This document shows positions 48,433 to 58,121 of a stretch of DNA of 64,000 nucleotides, piece by piece. The position numbers and the translations under genes are program-made. Origin of the DNA: Candidatus Eiseniibacteriota bacterium (GTDB taxonomy: Bacteria; Eisenbacteria; RBG-16-71-46); NCBI GenBank assembly GCA_038231135.1, contig JBBRLX010000002.1, positions 160,001-224,000 on the forward strand, in the 5' to 3' direction. The notes beneath the pieces were generated by a model. The model did not search any database. It saw nothing but the letters and a program-made list of their open reading frames with translations, and was not told the origin of the DNA. Each line of letters opens with the position of its first letter. The stretch's first letter is position 1.

Positions 48433-51156
48433 TTAATTATTGGACGAACCGGTTCGCTCCGGTTCGGTTGCGGGTTGTTCGCCGGGCTCGCCGACGGCGA
48501 ACTCGAGCGAGGACACGACCGCGGGATCGAACTGCCGGCCCGCCAGTCTGCGAATCTCGTGCAACGCGTCCTGCGGCGGCACGGCCGCGCGGTGCGGGCG
48601 GCCGACCGTCATGCTCTCGAATGCGTCCACCACGGCCAGGATGCGGCCGCCGATGGGAATCTCGTCGTCCTTGAGTCCGCGCGGATAGCCGCTGCCGTCG
48701 AACCACTCGTGGTGCGACAGCACGATCTCGCGCACCACGCCGACGGTCTCGAGCGGCTCCAGCACGTCGGCGCCGACCTCGGGATGGCGCTCGACCGCCT
48801 CGCGCTCCTCGCGTGACAGCGATCCCGCGCTGTCGACCACCCGCTCGCCCACGTGCGACATGCCAATGTCGTGCACGCTCGCCGCGAAGCTGACCACGCC
48901 GGCGTCGGACTCGCTGAGCCCCAGGCGCCGCGCGATCGCGCACGCGAGCCGCACCCGGTTCGGCGAATGCCGCCGGCCGTGCTCCAGGTGCCGCAGCACC
49001 TCGCGCAGCGCCTCGGCGGTCGTATCGACGCTGGTCTGGCTGTGCTCCATGTCGAGGGCCTGCTGCCACGCCGCCGCCACGCGCTGCGCCAGATGCAGCA
49101 GCAGATGGCAGTCCTCGGCGTCGAACGTCTTCTGGGTATCCGGCTCCGTCACGTTCAGCACGCCGAGCAGGCCGTGTTCGCTCTCGAGCGGCACCGACAG
49201 GAACGTGCCCGACCGGTAGTGCGAGCGCTTGGCCGACGGCACCTCCTGCTGGGACTCGAGGCCCGACACACACACCGGGCGCCGGTTCTCGGCGACCCAG
49301 CCGGCGACGCCGGTGCCGGGACGCACGCGCGCGTCGCGCACGACCTCCTCGTCGAGGCCGATCGCCGCGCGGATCACGAGGTCGCCGTCGGGCTCGGGGG
49401 TGAGCAGCGACACCACCCGCGCGCCCATCACCTCGGCGACCATCTCGATCGCGAGCTTGAGCACGTCCTCGCTGGCCGACGGCAGCCGGGGATGCGGGCG
49501 CACGACGACCCGCGGCGCGGTGCGGCGCGGCAGGAATACGTTGAAGCACGACCCGCGGCCCTCTTCGCTCTCGGCGGAGATTCGCCCGGCGTGCCAGTCG
49601 ACGATGGATTTGCAGATCGCGAGGCCCAGACCCGTCCCCCCGTAGCGGCGCGCGAGCGACGAATCCACCTGATAGAACCGCTCGAACACCTTCTCCAGCG
49701 CGTCGCGGGGAATGCCGATGCCGGTGTCCTCGACCTGGAGCATCACGTCGCGATCGCCGCCCGTGAGCCGGAGCGTCACCGACCCGCCGGTGGGCGTGAA
49801 TTTCACGGCGTTGCTCCCCAGGTGAAGCACCAGTTGTCGCATCTGGTCCCGGTTCGCGTCGATACGGGTATCGGCGCAATCGATCAGCAGCTTGAGATGC
49901 ACCTGGCCCACCTGGGCAACGGGTTCCAGCACCGCGACGGTCTCCTCGAGCAGCTCGACGAGGTCGACGGTCTGGCGCGTGAGGTGCGCGTTGCCCGAGT
50001 CGAACCGGTTGAGATCCAGCACCGACTCGATCAGGCGGGCGAGCCGCTGGCTCTCCTCGTTGATGATCGACAGGAACCGCCGCAGCTGGGTGTGCGACAG
50101 CTCGTCCGCGGACGCGTTGAGCAGCGTCTCGGTGTAGGCGCGGATCGCGGTGAGCGGCGTGCGCAGTTCGTGCGACACCGTGCTCACGAAGTTGCTCTTG
50201 AGCGCGTGCAGCTCGTGCATGTGCTGGCCGGCCAGCTCCAGCTCGTGCGAGTGCCGCTCGAGCTCCTGGTAGAGGCGCGAGTTCTCGATCGCGACGACCG
50301 CGTGGTTGGCGTAGATCTCGAGCAGTTCCATGACCTCGCGCGACGGCACCAGCCGGTCGGCGGGATTGTCCACCGAGAAGTACGCGACCAGCTCGCCGGC
50401 ATGGTTGAACAACGGCACCAGCAGCACGTCGTCCTCGTGCCATTCCCATTCCTGGCGGGCGCCCAGCGGGGTGACGTGGCCGCGCGGCAGCGTGGTGTTG
50501 AACGGGTGGCCGTGGCCGATGTAGTAGGACCGGCTGACCTTGAACTCGTCCTTGAGCCACGACATGAACTCGTCGACCGGCACCTCGGTGCGGGCCAGCG
50601 CCTCGCACGCGTCGGGTTCGAGACCCGCGAACGCGCGGGCCTGGAGCAGGCGCGTGCCCGGGTCGCGCAGCCGGATCAGCACCACCTGGAAGCCCAGGTT
50701 GTCGCGGATGTTCTGGGCCAGACTGTCGAGCATCGGGCCCAGGTCGAAGCCGGAATTGATCTCGCGCACGCTCTCGAGGATCTGGTGCAGCTTCTGGGCG
50801 CGCTTGCGGTTCTCGGCGAGCTGCGAATAGTAGAGCTTGGACAGGCGCTGCTTGGTGCCGCGCAGCTCAGTGACCTCGGTCTCGAGCCGTTCGAATTCCT
50901 CGAGCTGCGCGCGCATCATGCCCGCGGCCTCGACCTCGGTGCGGAGCTGCTCGATCATCAGCGCGTCCTCGCGCAGCCGCTCGAGCTCCACGCGTTCGGC
51001 CTCGGTCAGCCCCTCGTCGCCGGGCTCCTCGGCGTCGGCGCCGGGCGGCGCCACGCCGGTCTTCTTGATCTTCTGCAGCTCGCGGCGCGCGCGGTCGAGA
51101 TCGGCCTTGAGCTTGATCTCGATGGTGGACGGTCCCTTCGACATGTTCTTGCGCAT
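48433..51156 (-). CDS. Cytoplasmic hybrid: coiled coil-GAF-HisKA-HATPase-GAF-HD-GYP
   Basis: SHELRTPLT, NAVKFT, DTGIGI, FERFYQ, GTGLGL; GAF GVAGWVA...LSVPL...GVLNV; VHDIG, HHEWFDGSGYP, VVDAF, QFDP. Confidence 0.88.
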   Translation of the reverse strand: MRKNMSKGPSTIEIKLKADLDRARRELQKIKKTGVAPPGADAEEPGDEGLTEAERVELERLREDALMIEQLRTEVEAAGMMRAQLEEFERLETEVTELRGTKQRLSKLYYSQLAENRKRAQKLHQILESVREINSGFDLGPMLDSLAQNIRDNLGFQVVLIRLRDPGTRLLQARAFAGLEPDACEALARTEVPVDEFMSWLKDEFKVSRSYYIGHGHPFNTTLPRGHVTPLGARQEWEWHEDDVLLVPLFNHAGELVAYFSVDNPADRLVPSREVMELLEIYANHAVVAIENSRLYQELERHSHELELAGQHMHELHALKSNFVSTVSHELRTPLTAIRAYTETLLNASADELSHTQLRRFLSIINEESQRLARLIESVLDLNRFDSGNAHLTRQTVDLVELLEETVAVLEPVAQVGQVHLKLLIDCADTRIDANRDQMRQLVLHLGSNAVKFTPTGGSVTLRLTGGDRDVMLQVEDTGIGIPRDALEKVFERFYQVDSSLARRYGGTGLGLAICKSIVDWHAGRISAESEEGRGSCFNVFLPRRTAPRVVVRPHPRLPSASEDVLKLAIEMVAEVMGARVVSLLTPEPDGDLVIRAAIGLDEEVVRDARVRPGTGVAGWVAENRRPVCVSGLESQQEVPSAKRSHYRSGTFLSVPLESEHGLLGVLNVTEPDTQKTFDAEDCHLLLHLAQRVAAAWQQALDMEHSQTSVDTTAEALREVLRHLEHGRRHSPNRVRLACAIARRLGLSESDAGVVSFAASVHDIGMSHVGERVVDSAGSLSREEREAVERHPEVGADVLEPLETVGVVREIVLSHHEWFDGSGYPRGLKDDEIPIGGRILAVVDAFESMTVGRPHRAAVPPQDALHEIRRLAGRQFDPAVVSSLEFAVGEPGEQPATEPERTGSSNN

Positions 51157-51172
51157 GCGGGGTGCCCTCCTG

Positions 51173-52147
51173 TCACGCCACGTTGCGACCGGTGTCGGTC
51201 GCGGAGATCTGACGGCGCCGCTCCCCCACCATCACGCTGCCCGGGATGCCCTTGCCGTGGGTCTTCAGTTCCTGGGCGATGTCGATGAGCTGGGCGAGAT
51301 GCGATACCGGCATGCGGTCGGTGCTCACCAGCGCCAGCGTCAGGCTCATGAGCGGAAAGCGCTCGAGCTGGTGCAGGCGGTTGCGCACCTCGACGTAGCC
51401 GCGCTCGCGGTCGACTGCGTCGTAGAGCTGCTCCACCGCGGCCGAGAACTCCTCGATCACGTCCTCGCCGAGCGGCTCGGCGTCGTCGGGGGTCGCGAGG
51501 ATCACGAAGTCGTCGCCACCGATGTGGCCGACGAAGCTGGTGTCGCCGCCGAACTGCATGGCGGATTCGACCAGGATGCGCGCGACGGTCTTGATCGCCT
51601 CGTCGCCTCGGGCGTAGCCGTAGTGGTCGTTGAACGACTTGAAGTAGTCAACGTCGATCTGGATCAGCGCGAACGGCCCGCCGCATTCGATGCGGCGCTT
51701 GATCTCCTCGTTGATCGACAGGTTGCCCGGCAGTCCGGTGAGCGGGCTCGCCGACCGCTGCTGGCGGCTCCACGCGAGCACGTTCTTGACCCGCAGCAGC
51801 AGCTCCGCCCGCTGCCACGGCTTCGTGAGGTAGTCGTTGGCGCCGCCCTCGAGGCCGGTGAGCTTGTCACTCATGGTGCTCTTGGCGGTGAGCATGATGA
51901 TCGGGATGTGGCGGGTCATGAACGACGCGCGCAGCCGCAGGCACACTTCATAGCCGTCGAAGTGCGGCATCATCACGTCGAGCAGGATCAGGTCGGGCTG
52001 GATCCGCGCGGCCAAGTCGAGCGCCTCCTGGCCGTCGACCGCCTCCATGACCTCGTTGCCATCCGCCTCGAGCTGAAACCGGAGGATGTCCCGCAGATGC
52101 ACCTCGTCCTCGGCAATCAGGATGCGGTTTTTCGGCTTGTTGCTCAC
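51173..52147 (-). CDS. REC-GGDEF response regulator diguanylate cyclase
   Basis: ILIAEDE, LDVMMP, TKPW; PLTGLPGN, DVDYFKSFNDHYG...GD, GHIGGDDF. Confidence 0.9.
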   Translation of the reverse strand: MSNKPKNRILIAEDEVHLRDILRFQLEADGNEVMEAVDGQEALDLAARIQPDLILLDVMMPHFDGYEVCLRLRASFMTRHIPIIMLTAKSTMSDKLTGLEGGANDYLTKPWQRAELLLRVKNVLAWSRQQRSASPLTGLPGNLSINEEIKRRIECGGPFALIQIDVDYFKSFNDHYGYARGDEAIKTVARILVESAMQFGGDTSFVGHIGGDDFVILATPDDAEPLGEDVIEEFSAAVEQLYDAVDRERGYVEVRNRLHQLERFPLMSLTLALVSTDRMPVSHLAQLIDIAQELKTHGKGIPGSVMVGERRRQISATDTGRNVA

Positions 52148-52295
52148 GTCGTTGGTGCTCCGGGTGCTGCCAGGTGACGGCATGCCAGGTCGGTCCTGCG
52201 GTCCCGGCACGGCCAGAGTTGAATCCACGACGGAGTTATCGGCCGGAGGGCGGCGGAAGCTGAACCCGTTGTGGCAGCACGCCTAACCCCGCGCG

Positions 52296-53420
52296 TCAGC
52301 GTGGGATCGGCAGCCCGGATTCCTCGAGGGAGGCGGTCGCGTCCAGCTCCGGATCGAGCGCCACTCCCTGCATGAGCAGCCTCGCCCCGAGGTGGGCGAT
52401 CATCGCCGCATTGTCGGCGCACAGCCGGGGCGACGGGATCCGCAGCACGACGTTCCGGCGCTCGCACTCCTCGCTCAGCCGGCGGCGCAGCTCGCGGTTG
52501 CAGGCGACGCCGCCGCCGAGATTCAGCGCCCGGGCGCCCGTGGACTCGAGCGCCCGCAGCGTCCTGGCCGTGAGCACGTCCACCACGGCGGCCTGGAACG
52601 AGGCCGCCACGTCGCGAACGAGCCGCGGGTCCCAGGGCGGTCCGGCCGCGTTGCGGAGCGCCGTCGCCACCGCGGTCTTGAGGCCCGAGAACGAAAAGTC
52701 GCAGCCCGGCCGGTCGAGCATCGGGCGCGGGAGGTCGAACGCCCGCGGGTCGCCATCGGCGGCCTGCCGGTCGATCCCGGGACCGCCGGGGAACCCGAGC
52801 CCCAGCAGCTTCCCCACCTTGTCGTAGGCCTCGCCCGCGGCGTCGTCCAGCGTGCTGCCGAGCCAGCGGTAGTCGCCGAGACCGCGCACCTCGACGAGCT
52901 CCGTGTGGCCTCCCGACACCACGAGCGCCACGGCCGGCAGCGGACTCGGACCGTGCTCGACCTCGCTCGAGTGGAGGTGCGCCTCGATGTGGTTCACGCC
53001 CACGACCGGAATCCCGAGCCCGAGGCCGTAGGCGCGGGCAAACGCCACCCCAACGACCAGCGAGCCCACGAGACCCGGGGCCCGCGTGACGGCGATCGCC
53101 GTCAGCCGGTCGGGTGGCACCTGCGCCTCCGCCAGCGCGCGCTCCACCAGCCGCGGCAGGATGTCGAGGTGCGCGCGCGATGCCAGCTCGGGCACCACGC
53201 CGCCATAGAGCCGGTGATCCTGCGCGGACACGAGGTGGGAGCGCAGCGTGGCGCCACCCTCGAGCACCGCGACCGACGTGTCGTCGCACGACGTCTCGAT
53301 GCCGAGCACGAGCTGCGCGGCACGCGGCCCGGCCCGTCGGTGCGCCGGAGCCGGGACCGGGACGGCGACGGCGTCTGCGCGATCCGCGGCGGCGTCCGAG
53401 GGTCCCGCGTCGGAACTCAC
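52296..53420 (-). CDS. tsaD: tRNA N6-threonylcarbamoyltransferase
   Basis: LGIETSCDDT, GGVVPELASRAH, NHIEAH, VSGGHT, DDAAGEAYDK, FSFSGLKT, GGVACN, DNAAMIA. Confidence 0.96.
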   Translation of the reverse strand: MSSDAGPSDAAADRADAVAVPVPAPAHRRAGPRAAQLVLGIETSCDDTSVAVLEGGATLRSHLVSAQDHRLYGGVVPELASRAHLDILPRLVERALAEAQVPPDRLTAIAVTRAPGLVGSLVVGVAFARAYGLGLGIPVVGVNHIEAHLHSSEVEHGPSPLPAVALVVSGGHTELVEVRGLGDYRWLGSTLDDAAGEAYDKVGKLLGLGFPGGPGIDRQAADGDPRAFDLPRPMLDRPGCDFSFSGLKTAVATALRNAAGPPWDPRLVRDVAASFQAAVVDVLTARTLRALESTGARALNLGGGVACNRELRRRLSEECERRNVVLRIPSPRLCADNAAMIAHLGARLLMQGVALDPELDATASLEESGLPIPR

Positions 53421-53746
53421 ACGTCCTCGGGCTGCAGCTGCTGGTCGAGCCACTCCATGTAGCGTGGCGCCCCCGCCGCGACCCGCACCGCGATGCATTC
53501 CGGGACCTCGTACGGGTGGAGCTCGTGCAGCCGCGACTGGAGGGCGCTCCAATCCTGCTTGCGCGTCTTCATCAGCACCACGATCTCGCGCTCGTCCTTG
53601 ACCTCGCCCTGCCAGCGATAGATCGACCGGGCGCCGGGCAGCAGGTTGCCGCAGGCGATCAGCCGCTCGTCGAGCAGCGCCCGCACCACCCGCGCGGCGT
53701 CGTCCTCGGTGCCGAACGTGGTGAACACCAGCAGCATCTCCGTCAC
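53417..53746 (-). CDS. cutA: Divalent-cation tolerance protein
   Basis: LIACGN, SIYRWQG, E.V..MKT, HPYEVPE. Confidence 0.93.
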   Translation of the reverse strand: MTEMLLVFTTFGTEDDAARVVRALLDERLIACGNLLPGARSIYRWQGEVKDEREIVVLMKTRKQDWSALQSRLHELHPYEVPECIAVRVAAGAPRYMEWLDQQLQPEDV

Positions 53747-53810
53747 TTCGAGCCTCCCGTTGGTCCTAAGGCCTCCTGCCATGCGCGGCCGGGAAGTGTA
53801 GCATCGACGC

Positions 53811-55499
53811 ATGAATCGTGGCGGCGGCGGCGGGGGATTCCGAAGTCGGTGGCGCGTGGGAGCGGGCGCAGCCGCGATCGGCCTCTTGGCCGCGAGCGGT
53901 GGCGTGACGGCGCCCGCCGGGCACGGCACCGGCGGGCTGCCGCCAATCGTGTTCGTGTCGCGCCATCCGCTGCCCGGAGTGCCGCTGGTGCCGGGGCTCG
54001 GGCCGCATCAGCGGGCGCTGGCCCCGGGGGGCAGCCTGATGCTGCGCGACGCCGGGGGCCGGGTCCGCGAGCTGCTCCCCGCGGGCGCGCTGTGGGACTG
54101 CGCGAGCCCCGCCGTGGCGCCCGACGGCCGGCGCATCGCGTTCGCGGGCACGGCCGGTCCCGACAGCGCGTGGCGGATCTACGTAGTGAACCTCGATGGC
54201 CGCGGACTCGCCGCGGTCACCGGGCCCGCGCGCGGCTTCGAGCTGCCGCCGATGCCGGCGCTCGCCACCGACCCCGCGCTCGATCTCTCGCGGTTCGACG
54301 ATCTGGAGCCGTGCTGGGTCGGCGATCACCTGCTGTGCTTCGCAAGCACGCGGTTCCCGCAGCGCGCGCAATACGCGGCGCTCAGCGTCACGAACCTGCA
54401 CCTGGTGCGGGACGACGGCAGCGGACTAAGGCGCATCACCTCGGAGCGCAACGGCGCCGCCGACCCGGTCTACGACCCCGGCAGCGGGGCGATCGTCTAC
54501 GCGCGCTGGTGGTTCAACCGCTGGCAGGCCGCCGTGTCGGGCGCCGTCACCACCGACCGGGCGCGGGCGCTGCCGCGCGACTCGATCAACACCTGGCAGC
54601 TCGTCGCGATCCGGCCGAACGCGCACGGACCGAAGCTCGCCGCGGGATCGTTGAGTTCGCGGCTCGATGCCATGGGCGTCGAGCCGGCGCTGGCGCCCGA
54701 CGGTGGGATCGTCGCCACCTACGCGCTCAACCTCGGCCTGTCACCGCGGCCCGGCGGCACCGGCATCCACCGGCTCGATCGCCGCGGCGGGCCGACGCGG
54801 TGGATCGCCGGGGCGATCGTGCCGGAGCACGGCGGCGATCCCTATCGCAATACGCTCGGCCTCGCTGCGCCCTCGGCGTGCGCGCCCGCGGTGCTGCCCG
54901 ACGGCCGGATCCTCATGTCCTACGATCCCGGCGCGCGCGGCGACTACGGCCTGTGGATCGTGGGCCGCGACGGCGCCCCGGAGCCGCTCTACGACCGCCC
55001 GGGCAAACTCGAGCTGGACGCGGCGCCGGTGCTGGCGCGGCGGCTGCCCGGGCGCGGCTGGAGCCGGGATCCCGGCATCGCGCCCGCGGCGGAGCGCGCA
55101 CTCGCGCGCGGCGACCTCGCGGACCCGGCGCTCGGCACGTTCACGTTCGACTGCCTGGACGTGTTCGCGAGCGGCGGCCTCGCCGGCGCGCCGGCGCGCG
55201 CGGCCGGACTCACACTGCGGTTCTTCGCCGCGCTGCCGCGGTTCGATCGCGCGGGCGGCGACACCGCGGTGATGCTGCGGGAGGTGCCGGTGGGCCGCCA
55301 CGGCGCAATCCGTGCGACCGGCCTGCCGGCCGGGGTTCCGATGTTCGAGCAGCTCGCCGATGCCGCCGGGCATCCGCTCGTCACCGCCCACGGCCCCGCG
55401 CACGTCGCCGGTCTCAACGCCGGCACCGCGGGCACGGTGACGCGCTGCGTCGGCTGCCACACGGGGCATTCGCGATTGCCGGTGCCGCGGGGGCGGTGA
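53811..55499 (+). CDS. HzsA-like (hydrazine synthase alpha-related) TolB-type beta-propeller protein with one CxxCH
   Basis: PD40-type P.VAPDG..IAF, DLEPCW, FASTR, YARW; C-terminal LPAGVP...CVGCH. Confidence 0.7.
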   Translation: MNRGGGGGGFRSRWRVGAGAAAIGLLAASGGVTAPAGHGTGGLPPIVFVSRHPLPGVPLVPGLGPHQRALAPGGSLMLRDAGGRVRELLPAGALWDCASPAVAPDGRRIAFAGTAGPDSAWRIYVVNLDGRGLAAVTGPARGFELPPMPALATDPALDLSRFDDLEPCWVGDHLLCFASTRFPQRAQYAALSVTNLHLVRDDGSGLRRITSERNGAADPVYDPGSGAIVYARWWFNRWQAAVSGAVTTDRARALPRDSINTWQLVAIRPNAHGPKLAAGSLSSRLDAMGVEPALAPDGGIVATYALNLGLSPRPGGTGIHRLDRRGGPTRWIAGAIVPEHGGDPYRNTLGLAAPSACAPAVLPDGRILMSYDPGARGDYGLWIVGRDGAPEPLYDRPGKLELDAAPVLARRLPGRGWSRDPGIAPAAERALARGDLADPALGTFTFDCLDVFASGGLAGAPARAAGLTLRFFAALPRFDRAGGDTAVMLREVPVGRHGAIRATGLPAGVPMFEQLADAAGHPLVTAHGPAHVAGLNAGTAGTVTRCVGCHTGHSRLPVPRGR

Positions 55500-55506
55500 G
55501 CGGCGC

Positions 55507-56475
55507 CTATTCGACCGCCAGCACCACCTTGCCCTGCACCTCGCCCGCTTCGAGCCGCTCGTGGGCGAGTGCGGCCTGGGCGAGCGGCAGCACCACGCCC
55601 ACGAATACCTTGAGGACATTCGAGTCGAGCAGCCGGGCGATCTCATCGAGCTGACGCAGGTCCATGTGGGTCCCGACCGCGATGGTGCGGGCGCCGAGCG
55701 CCGTGGCTTCCACCGCCGACGGCGCACCCAGGGTGCTGGCGAACACGCCGCCCGGCCGGAGCACCTTCCACGACCTCGCCTGCGTGTCACCGCCCACCAG
55801 GTCGAGCACCGCGTCGACGGGCGCGACCACGTCATCGAACCGCTCACGCTGGTAGTCGATCACCTCGTCCGCGCCCAGTGCGCGCACGAACGCCACGTTC
55901 TCGTCGCGGGCAGTCGCGACCACGTGGGCGCCACGCCATTTCGCGAGCTGGACGGCGAAGCTGCCCACGCCGCCGGCCGCACCCTGGATCAGCACGCGCT
56001 GCCCCGCGGTCACGCCGATCGCGGTCGCACCGCCGGCTCCGGCGATGAGCGCCTGCCACGCGGTGAGCGCTGCAGTCGGCACCGCCGCCGCGTGGGAATG
56101 ATCCACGGACTGCGGCTTCGCGGTGACCTCCCCGGTGCGCGCGACGACGTACTGGGCGTACGCGCCGAGGCGCAGGAGATCGATCCGGCCATAGACCTCG
56201 GCGCCCGGCGTGAACCGGCTCACTCCCGCACCCAGGGTTTCGATCGTTCCGGAGAAATCCAGCCCCGGCGTGAGCGGCAGGACGTATGGGATCGTCGCCT
56301 GCAGATCTCCCGAGCGAATCTTCCAGTCGATCGGATTCACGCCTGCCGCACGCACCCGCACGAGCACCTCGTCCGCCGCGGGAACCGGGCGCGGCGCATC
56401 CTCGTACTTCAGAACATCGGGAGATCCATAGACGTGGATGCGGGCGACTTTCATCGTGGAGGAGACTGGCGTCAT
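55507..56475 (-). CDS. NADP-dependent oxidoreductase (MDR/quinone reductase-like)
   Basis: AAGVNPIDWK, PGLDFSG, GAYAQY, LTAWQ, GAAGGVGSFAVQLAK, GKVVL. Confidence 0.92.
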   Translation of the reverse strand: MTPVSSTMKVARIHVYGSPDVLKYEDAPRPVPAADEVLVRVRAAGVNPIDWKIRSGDLQATIPYVLPLTPGLDFSGTIETLGAGVSRFTPGAEVYGRIDLLRLGAYAQYVVARTGEVTAKPQSVDHSHAAAVPTAALTAWQALIAGAGGATAIGVTAGQRVLIQGAAGGVGSFAVQLAKWRGAHVVATARDENVAFVRALGADEVIDYQRERFDDVVAPVDAVLDLVGGDTQARSWKVLRPGGVFASTLGAPSAVEATALGARTIAVGTHMDLRQLDEIARLLDSNVLKVFVGVVLPLAQAALAHERLEAGEVQGKVVLAVE

Positions 56476-56504
56476 GGCGCACTCCTCGGCCGTGTGGGGT
56501 TCCG

Positions 56505-57089
56505 CTACTTCGAATCCGCCGCCTTCTTCTCTACCGTCTTCTTGTTGCCGGCCTTGGGCGTGTCCATCGACCACGGCGGCGTGATGCCGTTCATGCGCGC
56601 GTAGGCGATCGACTGCCCGAGGTGCTCGTGCTGGTGCGTCACCGCGGTCACGTACATGGCGCGCACCGACATGTCGCCGCCGAACGCCTTGATCTGCTTG
56701 TCGAGGTCCGCCTCGGGGGTGTTCTCGATCGCCCGCCGGATGTGCTTGAACGAATCCTCGAGCGCGTCGATCACCTTCGCCTTGTCGGTGGAGTTCTTCT
56801 CCATGTCCGGGCCCATGCCGTCCGGCGGCTTCACCCCGTTGAACGACGGGAACATGTAGTTGCCGCCGGCCACGTGCATGTACACCTCGCCGATCGAGCG
56901 CACGCCCTTCGCGGGCCGCCACATGAACTTCTTCTCGGGGGTCACCTTGGCGAGGCTCACCAGCTTGTCCTGCACGTCGGTGATCGACTTCACGAGGTCA
57001 CCGCGGATGCCGGTCACGTCGTCGGCATTCGCTGCGGACGACACCGCCAGGCCCAGCACGGCGGCCATCAGCATGCGATTCCATTTCAT
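56505..57089 (-). CDS. DinB-family protein with signal peptide
   Basis: AAGGAG RBS; WRP..GVRSIGE...HVA, H..EHLGQ..AYAR.NGI.PPWS. Confidence 0.85.
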   Translation of the reverse strand: MKWNRMLMAAVLGLAVSSAANADDVTGIRGDLVKSITDVQDKLVSLAKVTPEKKFMWRPAKGVRSIGEVYMHVAGGNYMFPSFNGVKPPDGMGPDMEKNSTDKAKVIDALEDSFKHIRRAIENTPEADLDKQIKAFGGDMSVRAMYVTAVTHQHEHLGQSIAYARMNGITPPWSMDTPKAGNKKTVEKKAADSK

Positions 57090-57450
57090 CGAACGCTCCT
57101 TTCGTATTTCCCCTGAGGAATGCGACCGTGCAGCGGACTGAGCGAACCCGGGACTCCAAGGCTCGGGCAATCGCCCGAGCCGGCACTCTACACTACGCTC
57201 GCCCGACACCCGCAGCGTCGCGGCTACTGGGCCATGTGGGCCCTGGCCTTGTACTTCGGGTCGCGGAGCTTCGGGCCCTCAGGGCCGCCCGGGCGCCACT
57301 GAGGCACGTCATGGTGCCACGGTGATCGTCACGGCGAACGCTCCGGATGTAGCCCGCGAGCCGGGGCCGATGTAGCATGGCCACCTTCCCCCGGAGACCG
57401 CGACGGTCCGCCGGTGATTCGCAGCACCACCCCCTAAGGAGGATTGAATC

Positions 57451-58068
57451 ATGTCTCAGCATGTGCGCACCCGTTGGATTGCGCTGCTTGCGTGTTGTCT
57501 CATCGTGGGCGCCGGCTCGGCGTTTGCCGCCGACAAGGATGACGCGATGAAGGGCATGAAGATGGACAAGGCGCACGACGAGATGATGGAGCAGATGATG
57601 AAGGCCGGCGCGCCGGGCGCCCCGCACGAGATGATGAAGAAGTGCGAGGGCACGTGGAAGGCGACCGTGAAGACCTGGCAGGGTCCCGGTGATCCGGTGA
57701 TCTCGGAAGGCTCGGCCGACTTCAAGATGATCCTGGGCGGCCGGTTCCTCGAGCAGCGCTTCACCGGCAGCATGATGAACCAGCCCTACGAGGGCTATGG
57801 CCTGAGCGGCTACGACAACACCAAGAAGGCCTATACGTCGCTGTGGGTGGACAACATGAACACCAGCACGATGATGTCCAGTGGCAGCTACGACGAGGCC
57901 AAGAAGACGCTGACGTTCAAGTCCACGATGCCCGGGCCCGACGGCAAGCCGATGTCCATGCGCATGACGAACGTCATGCCCGACGACAAGACGCAGGTCT
58001 TCACGATGTACAGCGTGGACAAGGGCAAGGAAATGAAGATGATGGAGATCACCTACACCAGAATGTAG
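57451..58068 (+). CDS. Exported DUF1579-like protein, Met-rich
   Basis: AGGAGG RBS, signal peptide (AFA), G.W, ILGGRFL, GYDN..K.Y...WVDNM.T, MEITYTR. Confidence 0.8.
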   Translation: MSQHVRTRWIALLACCLIVGAGSAFAADKDDAMKGMKMDKAHDEMMEQMMKAGAPGAPHEMMKKCEGTWKATVKTWQGPGDPVISEGSADFKMILGGRFLEQRFTGSMMNQPYEGYGLSGYDNTKKAYTSLWVDNMNTSTMMSSGSYDEAKKTLTFKSTMPGPDGKPMSMRMTNVMPDDKTQVFTMYSVDKGKEMKMMEITYTRM

Positions 58069-58088
58069 GCGGTCGGTACCAGACGATG

Positions 58089-58121
58089 CGGGCACCCTCG
58101 ACGAGGGTGCCCGTTCGTATT
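58089..58121 (+). terminator. Terminator-like hairpin
   Basis: CGGGCACCCTCG-A-CGAGGGTGCCCG followed by TTCGTATT. Confidence 0.7.

Noticed and set aside
51173..52147. Hypr-type cGAMP synthase
   Set aside because: The base-selecting position after ND..G...G is Asp (ARGDEA), not Ser/Thr
53811..55499. Evidence for anammox metabolism
   Set aside because: No hzsB/hzsC or hao-like genes, and only one CxxCH; HzsA-like domains occur outside anammox bacteria
57224..57307. 27-aa minus-strand sORF (VPQWRPGG...HMAQ)
   Set aside because: No RBS or recognisable motif; lies in a divergent promoter region
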